From an uncultured Acidobacteriota bacterium (GTDB lineage Bacteria > Acidobacteriota > Terriglobia > UBA7540): a stretch of DNA of 64,000 nt. The DNA lies in the NCBI GenBank assembly GCA_963804995.1, contig CAWDSK010000001.1, forward strand, positions 480,001 to 544,000, in the 5' to 3' direction. Below are positions 30,226 to 38,217 of the stretch, piece by piece. Every line of letters starts with the position of its first letter. Position 1 is the first letter of the stretch. The notes beneath the pieces were generated by a model. The model was not told the DNA's origin, ran no database searches, and saw only the letters and a program-made list of their open reading frames with translations. A program made the translations under genes and the position numbers.

Positions 30226-30675
30226 TAAGGAGCTAGGAGGGAGGAGGGAGGAGCTAGAAGTCAGGAGATAGGAGATGGGAAGCGGCTGCTATTCCAAGTG
30301 GCGCCCGGAACTTGTCCCGACGAGGGCGTGAGGGCGGCAGTATTGATTCAAAGACTCACGTATCGGTTGACGGAGCGAAGTGACCCCTCACCCGTCCCGC
30401 CCCGGCTGATGAAAACGCCGGCGGCGGTCCACCCTCTCCCCTCGGAGAGGGCTATGATTCGGACCTTAGACCTTACTTGGAAGAGATACGGGCTGGGGAG
30501 GCGTCCACGAATTGCCTGGATGACGCTCCGAGTATAGCGCTGGCATCCTGCCAGCATATGCCGCGATGGATCGAGGCGCTGCGCTGTCCCCCCAATTGCA
30601 ATACATTAAACTAGCTCGTAGCTTCTAGCTCCTAACTCCTAGCTCCTGACTTCTAGCTCCTAGCTCCTGACTCCT
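30226..30675. repeat. Inverted heptamer arrays (AGGAGCT/AGGAGTC)n and (AGCTCCT/GACTCCT)n enclosing a CCCTCACCC REP (30382-30452)
   Basis: Arrays at about 30226-30275 and 30610-30675, between two same-strand genes. Confidence 0.75.
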
Positions 30676-31919
30676 CAGTTCTTCAGCTCCATCACTATCA
30701 TCTGGCCGTCGGTCTTCCAGGTGCCTCCGGTTGCGGTCTTTCCTTCTGAGAGCGGGTTGGGGCGCGTTACGAGTTGTTCGGCGGCCACCTGGCCGGTAGC
30801 CAGCATGTCAGCGCCGACCTTGGTGCGCTCCACATCGAGGTCGGATTCGATGGCGTGCGACACTACGCCCGGATGCACGTCCAGACCGATGTCGTGCGTC
30901 GCGGCGCCCAGCCAGATTTCCCGCCCCTCGGGGGTGGTGGCATCAGTGCGCCACAGCCTCAGGTGATGACGTTTCAGGAAGGTGTTCAGCATCTTTTCAA
31001 AGGCCAGGTCCTCCACGCGGCCGTAAAGGTAGAGTTGTGAGACGGGCGCTTCTCCGTAACCCTCTTCGCTCGACATGGCGCGCACCGTCCCAATCGCAGA
31101 TTTTGTGCCGAGTTTTTTGGCGGCACTCCAGCCGGCCAGCTTGAAGGCGTTAACGATCTGGTCAGACGATCCGACGAAAATCAGATTGAGGGGATCCCCA
31201 GGTTTCTTCGATTTTGACTCAACCCGCTGGGGCGCGTCAGCAAGCAGCTTCTGGATGGCTTCCGCCAGGCCCGGCGAGATTTGCCGCGCTGCCGCGGCCG
31301 GAAAGGTCGCAGCCAGAGTGAGGGGTTGATCCAGCGCCAGGGTCAGGTCAGCGCCGACGGGATAATCGATCGAGGTGGCCACCTCACCCAAGGTTTTACT
31401 CAACATCTTTTTCAGATCGGCTCCCGCCGCACCCAACTTGTCGAGGGTTGTATCCATCCGTCCGACGGGCACATCCTTGGCGAGGACGCCTTGGATCGTC
31501 CCATCTGCCAAAACTGTCTCGCGCGCGTTTTCCACGTTCGTGAGGTGGGAGAAGAGCGGGATAGCCTCGTGTCCGGGGATCACCAAGCGGTCAAAGCGAA
31601 TCAGCAGGCGGGCATGGTCGGAGGGGTCAGAAGCGGGAATCAGCTTCACAATGCTCCCCTGCACTTCCGCCCCGATCGGAATAAGCACCCCTTGGTCGCT
31701 TATGACTTCGCGAACCATGCGGGCGCTTACAGCCTGGGTGAGGTGCGATGTCTTGGTGCTCACCGCGGTCTCCAGCCGCAGGTAAACCCTCGTCCCGGCC
31801 GCCAGGGGGTAGCCGGAATCCTGGGCGGGGCAGCCGAGCCCTGGCACGGATCGAGTTCCTGTCAAGCCCGCGATTAGCACAACCAGGAAAGCGAGCGTTG
31901 AGAGACGGTTGGCCTGCAT
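30675..31919 (-). CDS. Exported protein with C-terminal LssY_C domain
   Basis: GDPLNLIFVG, AGW, APVSQLYLYGR.EDLAFEK, RHHLRLW, WLGAATHD.G, HAI..DLD.ER; N-terminal beta domain (L.AGT...LRL...VS). Confidence 0.8.
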   Translation of the reverse strand: MQANRLSTLAFLVVLIAGLTGTRSVPGLGCPAQDSGYPLAAGTRVYLRLETAVSTKTSHLTQAVSARMVREVISDQGVLIPIGAEVQGSIVKLIPASDPSDHARLLIRFDRLVIPGHEAIPLFSHLTNVENARETVLADGTIQGVLAKDVPVGRMDTTLDKLGAAGADLKKMLSKTLGEVATSIDYPVGADLTLALDQPLTLAATFPAAAARQISPGLAEAIQKLLADAPQRVESKSKKPGDPLNLIFVGSSDQIVNAFKLAGWSAAKKLGTKSAIGTVRAMSSEEGYGEAPVSQLYLYGRVEDLAFEKMLNTFLKRHHLRLWRTDATTPEGREIWLGAATHDIGLDVHPGVVSHAIESDLDVERTKVGADMLATGQVAAEQLVTRPNPLSEGKTATGGTWKTDGQMIVMELKN

Positions 31920-32376
31920 TCCGGAAAGGAACGTAGGGTAAGAAAAGACCTTGAAAGGAGAGGTCATACCTCGGTTTTTCACGGTCCACCTCAAAATAAT
32001 TTAGGGTCGTTTACCGGATGGGGCTCCGTACCACCCCTCAAGAGCCGATCCGGTCGGTTGCAGTGATTAATACTCCGGGAGAAGTTATAACGCAAGCCCG
32101 GACTTTTCTGAATCCCGCCTCAAGGGAACTGTCCGGGTTCTGGTGGGTCGTTTAAGGAAGAATAAAAAAGCGATGGCCATTCCGTCCCCGGCCGGGGGGT
32201 TGATTTGCTGTAGAGGCGGCGTCCCGATCTGATCGGGACGCCGCCCTATGGCGAGGTAAACTCGCCGCTACGACATCTAATTGACACAGCACAGGCTTGG
32301 GGAGAAGGGTAGTCAGCTAAAAGTGCGTTGCTGAGTGGTGGGGGCCTCGCCAGTGTCGGATAAAAAATGAAGGCCA

Positions 32377-33315
32377 TCACGCCACCGCCTGCAAGAGTTC
32401 AGTGATTGTCCAGGCGTGATCGGTGATACCCGCTTGCATGGCAGGAGTTACCCGAAGGGTCTTATGAACACGGCAGAAGTTGTAGAACGCGAACCATACT
32501 GCATAGGCAGCCTTCAAGTTCTCCCACTTTTTACTGAAGGCGTTGGTGAGCCTCGTCATTCGACGCATCCCCATGCGAATCGAAAGATTCTGGCGTTCAA
32601 CGTGGGATGTGCAAATACGATGGAGCTTCGGCTCTCCCCAGACTGGGACGGGGGTGGCATCGACTACTTCGGCGGGCGAATACCTTTGCTCCCCATCGCG
32701 GGGAGTGGAATAGGTCTTTATCAACTGCCCAAAGTCAACGCGGGTGCCCAAGCTGTAAAGAACAGCATCAACGTAAGGCTTGAATCCGTCCGTGGTGATC
32801 TGGAAGTGGCCTTGCGTGGCCTCATTGATTTTCTCCGTGAAGGCGACGGTATCTCGGGCGCTTCTCCGTCCAAGGTGCCAGGTCAAGACGATCTTACTGT
32901 TTCGCTCGATGGCAACGAAGCAGTAGGCATCCCCCCGCATCGGGTCGCCACTGACATTTTTCTTTTCCTTGCATCCGACGTAGCCCCAGATTTCATCGCA
33001 CTGCACATCGGATACCAGAAGATTACGGATTCGGCCCTCAAGAAGCCGCTCGCACTTGTCGCCTATAAAGACGAGAAGGGAAAGTATCGTGGTGTGGTGA
33101 AGGCGGGTCACGTGCTCAACTGTGCTGACAGAGCATCCCTCGACAAGAAGCTCAATAGCCTTAGCTGCTTTGTCCAGGGGTGTGTACATGCCGCCAAGCG
33201 GTGTAGCGTGGTCCTCAGTGAAGGTCTTAGCGCATTGCCCGCAGCGATAGCGCTGAAGGCCGTTGCGGTGCTTCCCAAACTTCTTGCATTGAGACTGGCA
33301 GTTATGGCAGGTCAT
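32377..33315 (-). CDS. IS1-family transposase (zinc ribbon-HTH-DDE, single ORF)
   Basis: CHNC..KFGKHRNGLQRYRC..C; QCDEIW; TTDG; TSHVERQNL..R...RR.TRLT.AFSKK; YNF.R.H. Confidence 0.92.
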   Translation of the reverse strand: MTCHNCQSQCKKFGKHRNGLQRYRCGQCAKTFTEDHATPLGGMYTPLDKAAKAIELLVEGCSVSTVEHVTRLHHTTILSLLVFIGDKCERLLEGRIRNLLVSDVQCDEIWGYVGCKEKKNVSGDPMRGDAYCFVAIERNSKIVLTWHLGRRSARDTVAFTEKINEATQGHFQITTDGFKPYVDAVLYSLGTRVDFGQLIKTYSTPRDGEQRYSPAEVVDATPVPVWGEPKLHRICTSHVERQNLSIRMGMRRMTRLTNAFSKKWENLKAAYAVWFAFYNFCRVHKTLRVTPAMQAGITDHAWTITELLQAVA

Positions 33316-33356
33316 TTCGGCTTGCCTTTCTGCGGAAGCAAGCCGATAATGGGACT

Positions 33357-33440
33357 GTATCGGTCGGCATTGCGGCTTACCCCGCGTGCTGATTTGGCCC
33401 CGTCAGTAGTTAGTAGCTACTGGCGGGGCTTCTTATTTTT
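33357..33440 (+). ncRNA. Putative IS-internal small RNA
   Basis: TTGCCT-17bp-GATAAT promoter at 33322-33350, a hairpin at about 33364-33392, and a 14-bp-stem hairpin at 33397-33429 followed by TTCTTATTTTT. Confidence 0.45.
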
Positions 33441-33966
33441 GACGCTGTGCTTCTTTGAGTCTTTCTGTAAATGCATTCGGATTCATCATCGGATAATCTA
33501 CTTTCTGTTTCGGCGCAGCGGGCCTTATCCACCGATATTCTTTGAATTCTTTGATAGGAGACTTCCCCTTCCGCATCTTGACATCTGTCCGTTTAAATCT
33601 CTTCAAGACGGTATGGACGGAGGCGAGCGGATTAGAAGAATACGCAGAGAAATCGAAGCCGGAGGCAACAAGTCGATCTCTGACCTGTATGGCATTGAGC
33701 CACTCACTAGGATTCGATTCCAGCAAATTCCTTACGGCCTCAGTGAGTCCCACATCGTTCTTTACGGCAAGCTCCAACACCGTCTCGAATGCGCTCAAGA
33801 ACGTAGTACGCTCTTCGTCAGACATCATCCCAAAACTTGCCTTCAACATCTCCAAAACGTTCGCCATTTCCGTTTGCGTTCGCTGCTGTTGATCGGCAAG
33901 CTCGCCGTACCTTTTCACGTGTTCCTGGAAAATGTCTCCGTATTGCGTCATCGACGTATCCTCCAT
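33433..33966 (-). CDS. IS passenger protein, coiled-coil plus probable winged HTH
   Basis: GLTEAVRNLL....WLNAIQVRDRL...GFDF..Y.SNPLASVHTVLKR...YRW pattern; lies inside the IS1 IRs. Confidence 0.7.
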   Translation of the reverse strand: MEDTSMTQYGDIFQEHVKRYGELADQQQRTQTEMANVLEMLKASFGMMSDEERTTFLSAFETVLELAVKNDVGLTEAVRNLLESNPSEWLNAIQVRDRLVASGFDFSAYSSNPLASVHTVLKRFKRTDVKMRKGKSPIKEFKEYRWIRPAAPKQKVDYPMMNPNAFTERLKEAQRQK

Positions 33967-33978
33967 CAACTAAGGAGA

Positions 33979-34007
33979 GTATAAGACAATGTCTAACTCA
34001 TGTCAAG
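33979..34007 (-). promoter_or_regulatory. Near-consensus sigma70 promoter with an operator-like palindrome in the spacer
   Basis: Minus strand TTGACA-17bp-TATACT; AGACAATGTCT palindrome in the spacer. Confidence 0.75.
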
Positions 34008-34165
34008 AGAAAAGTGTAGACAAGCGAAATAAATTGTCAGGATGGGATCAAGCGATAAAAGAGGCTCAACAGCACATTAAACAGTTAGAATTTTCAATTC
34101 ACGTCTTCCGCAAACGAAAAAAGGCTGGAGAGACATGGCCTGGAAAGCCAGCAACGCAGAATTAG
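33989..34165 (+). CDS. Possible 58-aa small protein at the IS end
   Basis: MSNSCQEKSVDKRNKLSGWDQAIKEAQQHIKQLEFSIHVFRKRKKAGETWPGKPATQN; TAAGGAG upstream; stop codon lies inside the IR. Confidence 0.4.
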   Translation: MSNSCQEKSVDKRNKLSGWDQAIKEAQQHIKQLEFSIHVFRKRKKAGETWPGKPATQN

Positions 34166-34221
34166 CGCACTACCGGGAGAAGGGGTGCACGCCTGGGAAA
34201 TGAAATTCTGGGAAAGTGGGG

Positions 34222-34260
34222 TTGAAATAAGTTCTCTCTTACGGCTATAATAGCCGTAAG
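34222..34260 (+). promoter_or_regulatory. IS promoter overlapped by a perfect 11-bp inverted repeat
   Basis: TTGAAA-18bp-TATAAT; CTTACGGCTAT-A-ATAGCCGTAAG at 34238-34260; AAGGAGG RBS. Confidence 0.7.
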
Positions 34261-34268
34261 GAGGAACC

Positions 34269-34670
34269 ATGGCTCAGTCTTTTGAAGTTCCTGGTCCGGT
34301 CCGTGAGCTTGCCGCTCGGTTGGGTCAGTCCCAGCCCATGCGGCGCGGCTCCCTATCGGAGCGTTATGTGAAATGCGGCAAGCCGGGTTGTGGTTGCGCG
34401 GAGGATGCCAAGGCGCGGCACGGCCCTTATTACAGTCTGACGCGGGCGGTGGGAGGGCAGACCCGCTCCCGCTTCTTGAACCCCGAGGAAGCGCAGCGGG
34501 CGCGAGAGCAGATCGAGACGGGCCAGCAGTTTCGGCGTCAGGTGGAGGCTTACTGGGCTGCCTGTGAGCAATGGGCGGATGCCCAGCTGGAAGCCCGGGA
34601 GGAAGAAGGGCAAGCCGAGGTTAAAAAAAACCGCACTCGGCGAGGCTCTGGCGCACGACCTCACCGCTGA
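34269..34670 (+). CDS. IS accessory protein (DUF6788-like)
   Basis: MRRGSLSERYVKCGKPGCGC....HGPYYSLT. Confidence 0.82.
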   Translation: MAQSFEVPGPVRELAARLGQSQPMRRGSLSERYVKCGKPGCGCAEDAKARHGPYYSLTRAVGGQTRSRFLNPEEAQRAREQIETGQQFRRQVEAYWAACEQWADAQLEAREEEGQAEVKKNRTRRGSGARPHR

Positions 34671-35976
34671 GATTGAGCGCCTGGTGGGTCGGGAAGCCAC
34701 GGCGGCTCTGGACTTCGAGGCGGTGGAAACGGCCGTACGCCGTCAGGCTTTGCGCTTCGCCGCGCGGGTGGTGGAGCAGCGGCTGAATGCCGACCACTCC
34801 GACTTTACCGGAGCCCGTCGGCCGTGTTCCTGCGGTCAGCCCGCGCGCTATGTAGACCGGCGGGCCAAGCCTTTCCAGACCGTGCTGGGCGAATTACGGC
34901 TGGAGCGCGCCTACTATTATTGTGCTGCCTGCCAGCGCGGGTTCTGTCCTCGTGACCAGCAGTGGGGAATGGAGGACACTTCTCTGTCCCCGGCGGTGAC
35001 ACGCATGGTGGGCACGGTGGGAACCTTGGTGAGCTTTCAAGAAGGGCGTGAACTCCTCGGGGAATTGGCGGGCGTGGAAGTAAGTGCCAAGCAGGTGGAG
35101 CGTACGGCGGAGGCGCTGGGAGCGGAAGTCGCCGAGGATGAACGCCAACCGGTGGAGGCGGTGAGGGAAGGACCCTTGCCGCCCACCCTCTATCTCGGCC
35201 TGGATGGTACCGGCATTCCCATGCGCAAGGAGGAACTCACGGGGCGAGCGGGCAAGCAGCCGGATGGCTCCGCCCAAACCCGCGAGGTCAAGGTCTGCGC
35301 CATCTGGAGCGCGGAAGCGCGCGATGCCGAAGGCCGGCCCCGGCGTGATGCTGGCTCGGTCAGCTACTCGGCGGCCATCGAGACGGCGGCCTGCCGCGAC
35401 ACCGACTCCCAGATCGCAGCATTTACCCAGCGCGTCGAGCGTGAGGCGAAGCGTCGAGACTTCGGGCAAGCCTCTCGCCAAGTGGTGATCGGCGACGGGG
35501 CTCCCTGGATCTGGAACATCGCCGCGGAGGTGTTCCCGCAAGCCCTGCAAATCGTGGATCGTTACCACGTGAAGGAGCATTTGAGCCAAGTGGCCAAGGC
35601 CCTCTATGGGCAAGCGGAGGCATCCCATCGCTGGGCGCAACGTCGGCACCAAGAATTGGATGGCGGGCGTTGGCGGAGTCTGACGACGGCGCTGGCCCGC
35701 CATGCGGCCCGCTCACCGGAAGCCCGCAACTGCCTTCAGTACTTGCAGCGCAACCGGCACCGCATGCGCTACGCGGAATTTCATGCCCAGCACCTGTGTA
35801 CTTCCTCAGGGGTTCTGGAGGCGGGTTGCAGGGTCGTCGTGGGGTCGCGCCTAAAACGTTCGGGCATGCATTGGACCGTGCGCGGCTCCAATGCCATCAT
35901 CGCTCTGCGGTGTTACAAACTCAGCGGTCGCTTCGAAGACTTCTGGGAACGCCGGGCGCACAGGGTGGGGGCGTGA
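34564..35976 (+). CDS. ISKra4-family (MULE-like DDE) transposase
   Basis: CSCG...RY, LERAYYYC..C..GFCP.D, LGLDGTG, IGDGAPWIW, D.YH..EHL, YL..N..RMRY, SGVLEAGC...RLK.SGMHW; true start unclear. Confidence 0.9.
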   Translation: MSNGRMPSWKPGRKKGKPRLKKTALGEALAHDLTAEIERLVGREATAALDFEAVETAVRRQALRFAARVVEQRLNADHSDFTGARRPCSCGQPARYVDRRAKPFQTVLGELRLERAYYYCAACQRGFCPRDQQWGMEDTSLSPAVTRMVGTVGTLVSFQEGRELLGELAGVEVSAKQVERTAEALGAEVAEDERQPVEAVREGPLPPTLYLGLDGTGIPMRKEELTGRAGKQPDGSAQTREVKVCAIWSAEARDAEGRPRRDAGSVSYSAAIETAACRDTDSQIAAFTQRVEREAKRRDFGQASRQVVIGDGAPWIWNIAAEVFPQALQIVDRYHVKEHLSQVAKALYGQAEASHRWAQRRHQELDGGRWRSLTTALARHAARSPEARNCLQYLQRNRHRMRYAEFHAQHLCTSSGVLEAGCRVVVGSRLKRSGMHWTVRGSNAIIALRCYKLSGRFEDFWERRAHRVGA

Positions 35977-36157
35977 GCCCGCTCACTCCTTCGTCGTGCA
36001 CCCCGGGAGAAGCGTTGACTTGTGTCATCATCTTGAGTTAGGCTAGCCTTGCGGATCAACGTGTTTAGGTAACGGGTGGTAGTGGTCTAAGAGAGACAAT
36101 TTAAAGCATCTGCTCCAGGGCAGATGAGTTCGGGCTGGGGTGTGAAAGCGAGGCTGC

Positions 36158-38203
36158 ATGGCCGAGGCATTGACCAAAACAGGCCGGTACCAAATCGTCG
36201 GCGAATTGGGCCGCGGGTCGATGGGAGTAGTCTACCAGGGGTACGACCCGATCATTGGACGTACGGTGGCGATCAAGACGATGCTCACCGAAGGCCTCTC
36301 TCCGCAAGAGTTCAACGAATACAAGGCGCGTTTTCAGCGCGAGGCACAGGCCGCGGGAATCCTCGCCCACCCCAACATCATCACGGTATACGATTTCGGA
36401 GAGGATAACGGCATCCTCTATCTGGCCATGGAGTTCCTGGAAGGGAAATCGCTGGAAATGATCGTCGAGGAGCAAAATATTCTGCCCCTCGAAACCATCA
36501 TCCCCATCTATGAGCAGGTTTGCAACGCACTCAACTTCGCCCACCAGCACAAGATAGTGCATCGCGATGTCAAACCCGCCAACATCATGAGACTGCATAG
36601 CGGGCTGGTGAAAATGACCGATTTTGGCATCGCCAAGATGATGTCGATGGGCATGACGCAGGCAGGCCAAATTCTAGGCACGCCGAATTACATGTCACCG
36701 GAGCAGGTCAAGGGCCGCCAGGTGGATGGCCGGTCTGACATCTTTTCCTTGGGCGTGATCCTGTACGAATTAGTGACGGGTGAAAAGCCCTTCGGCGGTC
36801 AGAACATCACCACCGTCATCTACAAGATCATCAATGAGAATCCCATTCCGCCGCGTGAGCTGGACTCGACAATCCATGCCGGCCTGAATTACGTGATCGG
36901 CAAAGCGCTGGCCAAGAACCCTGACGAACGCTACCAGACCTGCAAGGAATTGGCGGAAGATCTGAAGAACTATAAGACCCTGGGAGGGGCGGTTTCACCC
37001 CAAGGGACGATGGTTCTGAAAGTGGCGCCGACTATCGCCGTGGCATCCGAAGCTGCGCCGACCCAAGCGGTAGAAGTTCCACGGCCCCCGGCAGCCACTC
37101 CTCCGGCCGCGCGATCAGGATGGGTTCCCCAGGTGGCACCCCAGGCTACCCCAACTCCCGCGGCGCGATCAGGGTCAGTTCCCCGGGTGGCGCCCCAGGC
37201 TCCGGCTGCTCCTTCGGCGCGATCGGGAGTGGTTCCCCGAGTGGCTCCTCAGGCCCCACCTCCCCCAGCCCCGGCTCCGCAAGAGGCGTCCGTATCTGTT
37301 GCGGAAACACCGATCTCAAGCCCCATCAACATCCAGGTCATAGCCCCGGCGCATCCTCAACAAGGGGGGGAGGTTCCCCAAATCGCCTGGGTCCTCGGCG
37401 CACTTCTGCTGGTGGCCACGGTTGTGGGGGGCGGCTATTACTACCACCTGCGGCACCCGGTAGTGCCCCCTGCCCCGCCTGCACCGGTCGTGGGGCAGCT
37501 TCAGGTCAACGCCAATGTACCCGGCGCGAAGATCTCGATCGATGGGCAGACCAATCCGAGCTGGGTGACGCCTTTCACGATCCCCAGCCTTTCCGTGGGA
37601 ACCCACAACGTCGTCATTTCCATGGATGGCTATCAGGACTTCCAGCAGAGTGTGACGATTGCGGGAGGCCAGACCAACAGCCTCGAGGGTAATCTTCCCG
37701 CGGTCGCGGCTCAGGCCGTCGTGACTCCCCCGAAACAGGAACCCGTCCACGAGAAAACGGTGGTACCCAAGGTGGGACAGCTCCAAGTCAACGCCAACAT
37801 CAGCGGCGCTACAATCTCGATCGATGGGCGGAGCGATCCGAGCTGGGTGACGCCCACTACGATTTCGGACCTTTCCGCGGGAACCCACAACGTGCTTATT
37901 TCCAAAGCCGGTTACGACAACTTCCACCAGAGCGTGACGATTGAAGGGGGCGAGACTAACAGCGTGACGGCGGATTTCTCTGTCCCCAGCGGTGAAATCA
38001 ACATAGAGACGATTCCCCCCGGGGTCGAAGTGCTGATCGATGGCAAACCTTACGGTCCAAGCCCCGTCCGAACAACCTTGAAAGCCGGCGATCACACCTA
38101 CACCCTCAGGCGGCCGGGGTCAGAGCCTTACGAGAGCAAGTTCACGATGCAAGGCGGGGCCATTATGACCAAGAGGGTGAACTTTGGGGGCGCTGCGAAG
38201 TAG
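36158..38203 (+). CDS. Hanks-type Ser/Thr protein kinase with Pro/Ala linker, TM helix and three PEGA-like domains
   Basis: LGRGSMGVVY, VAIK, HRDVKPAN, DFG, GTPNYMSPEQ; L.V.AN..GA.ISIDG...TP..I..L..G.H.V repeats. Confidence 0.96.
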   Translation: MAEALTKTGRYQIVGELGRGSMGVVYQGYDPIIGRTVAIKTMLTEGLSPQEFNEYKARFQREAQAAGILAHPNIITVYDFGEDNGILYLAMEFLEGKSLEMIVEEQNILPLETIIPIYEQVCNALNFAHQHKIVHRDVKPANIMRLHSGLVKMTDFGIAKMMSMGMTQAGQILGTPNYMSPEQVKGRQVDGRSDIFSLGVILYELVTGEKPFGGQNITTVIYKIINENPIPPRELDSTIHAGLNYVIGKALAKNPDERYQTCKELAEDLKNYKTLGGAVSPQGTMVLKVAPTIAVASEAAPTQAVEVPRPPAATPPAARSGWVPQVAPQATPTPAARSGSVPRVAPQAPAAPSARSGVVPRVAPQAPPPPAPAPQEASVSVAETPISSPINIQVIAPAHPQQGGEVPQIAWVLGALLLVATVVGGGYYYHLRHPVVPPAPPAPVVGQLQVNANVPGAKISIDGQTNPSWVTPFTIPSLSVGTHNVVISMDGYQDFQQSVTIAGGQTNSLEGNLPAVAAQAVVTPPKQEPVHEKTVVPKVGQLQVNANISGATISIDGRSDPSWVTPTTISDLSAGTHNVLISKAGYDNFHQSVTIEGGETNSVTADFSVPSGEINIETIPPGVEVLIDGKPYGPSPVRTTLKAGDHTYTLRRPGSEPYESKFTMQGGAIMTKRVNFGGAAK

Positions 38204-38217
38204 CCCGGGCTTTCCTC

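Larger units (their letters stand above)
32308..34174 (-). mobile_element. IS1-family element (1867 bp) with passenger genes
   Basis: 26-bp imperfect IRs GGTAGTCAGCTAAAAGTGCGTTGCTG / CAGCAACGCAGAATTAGCGCACTACC; 8-bp target duplication GGGAGAAG at 32300-32307 and 34175-34182. Confidence 0.88.
34183..36003 (+). mobile_element. ISKra4-family element (about 1.82 kb)
   Basis: GGGTGCACG / CGTGCACCC ends; CGGGAGAAG direct repeats at 34174-34182 and 36004-36012. Confidence 0.85.

Noticed and set aside
32076..32084. Extra CGGGAGAAG copy as a further IS boundary
   Set aside because: Not adjacent to any inverted repeat; probably chance, as another copy occurs at 28113
32416..33984. 522-aa plus-strand ORF across the IS1 element
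   Set aside because: Antisense to the transposase and passenger with no recognisable domain; its length is notable but nothing else supports it
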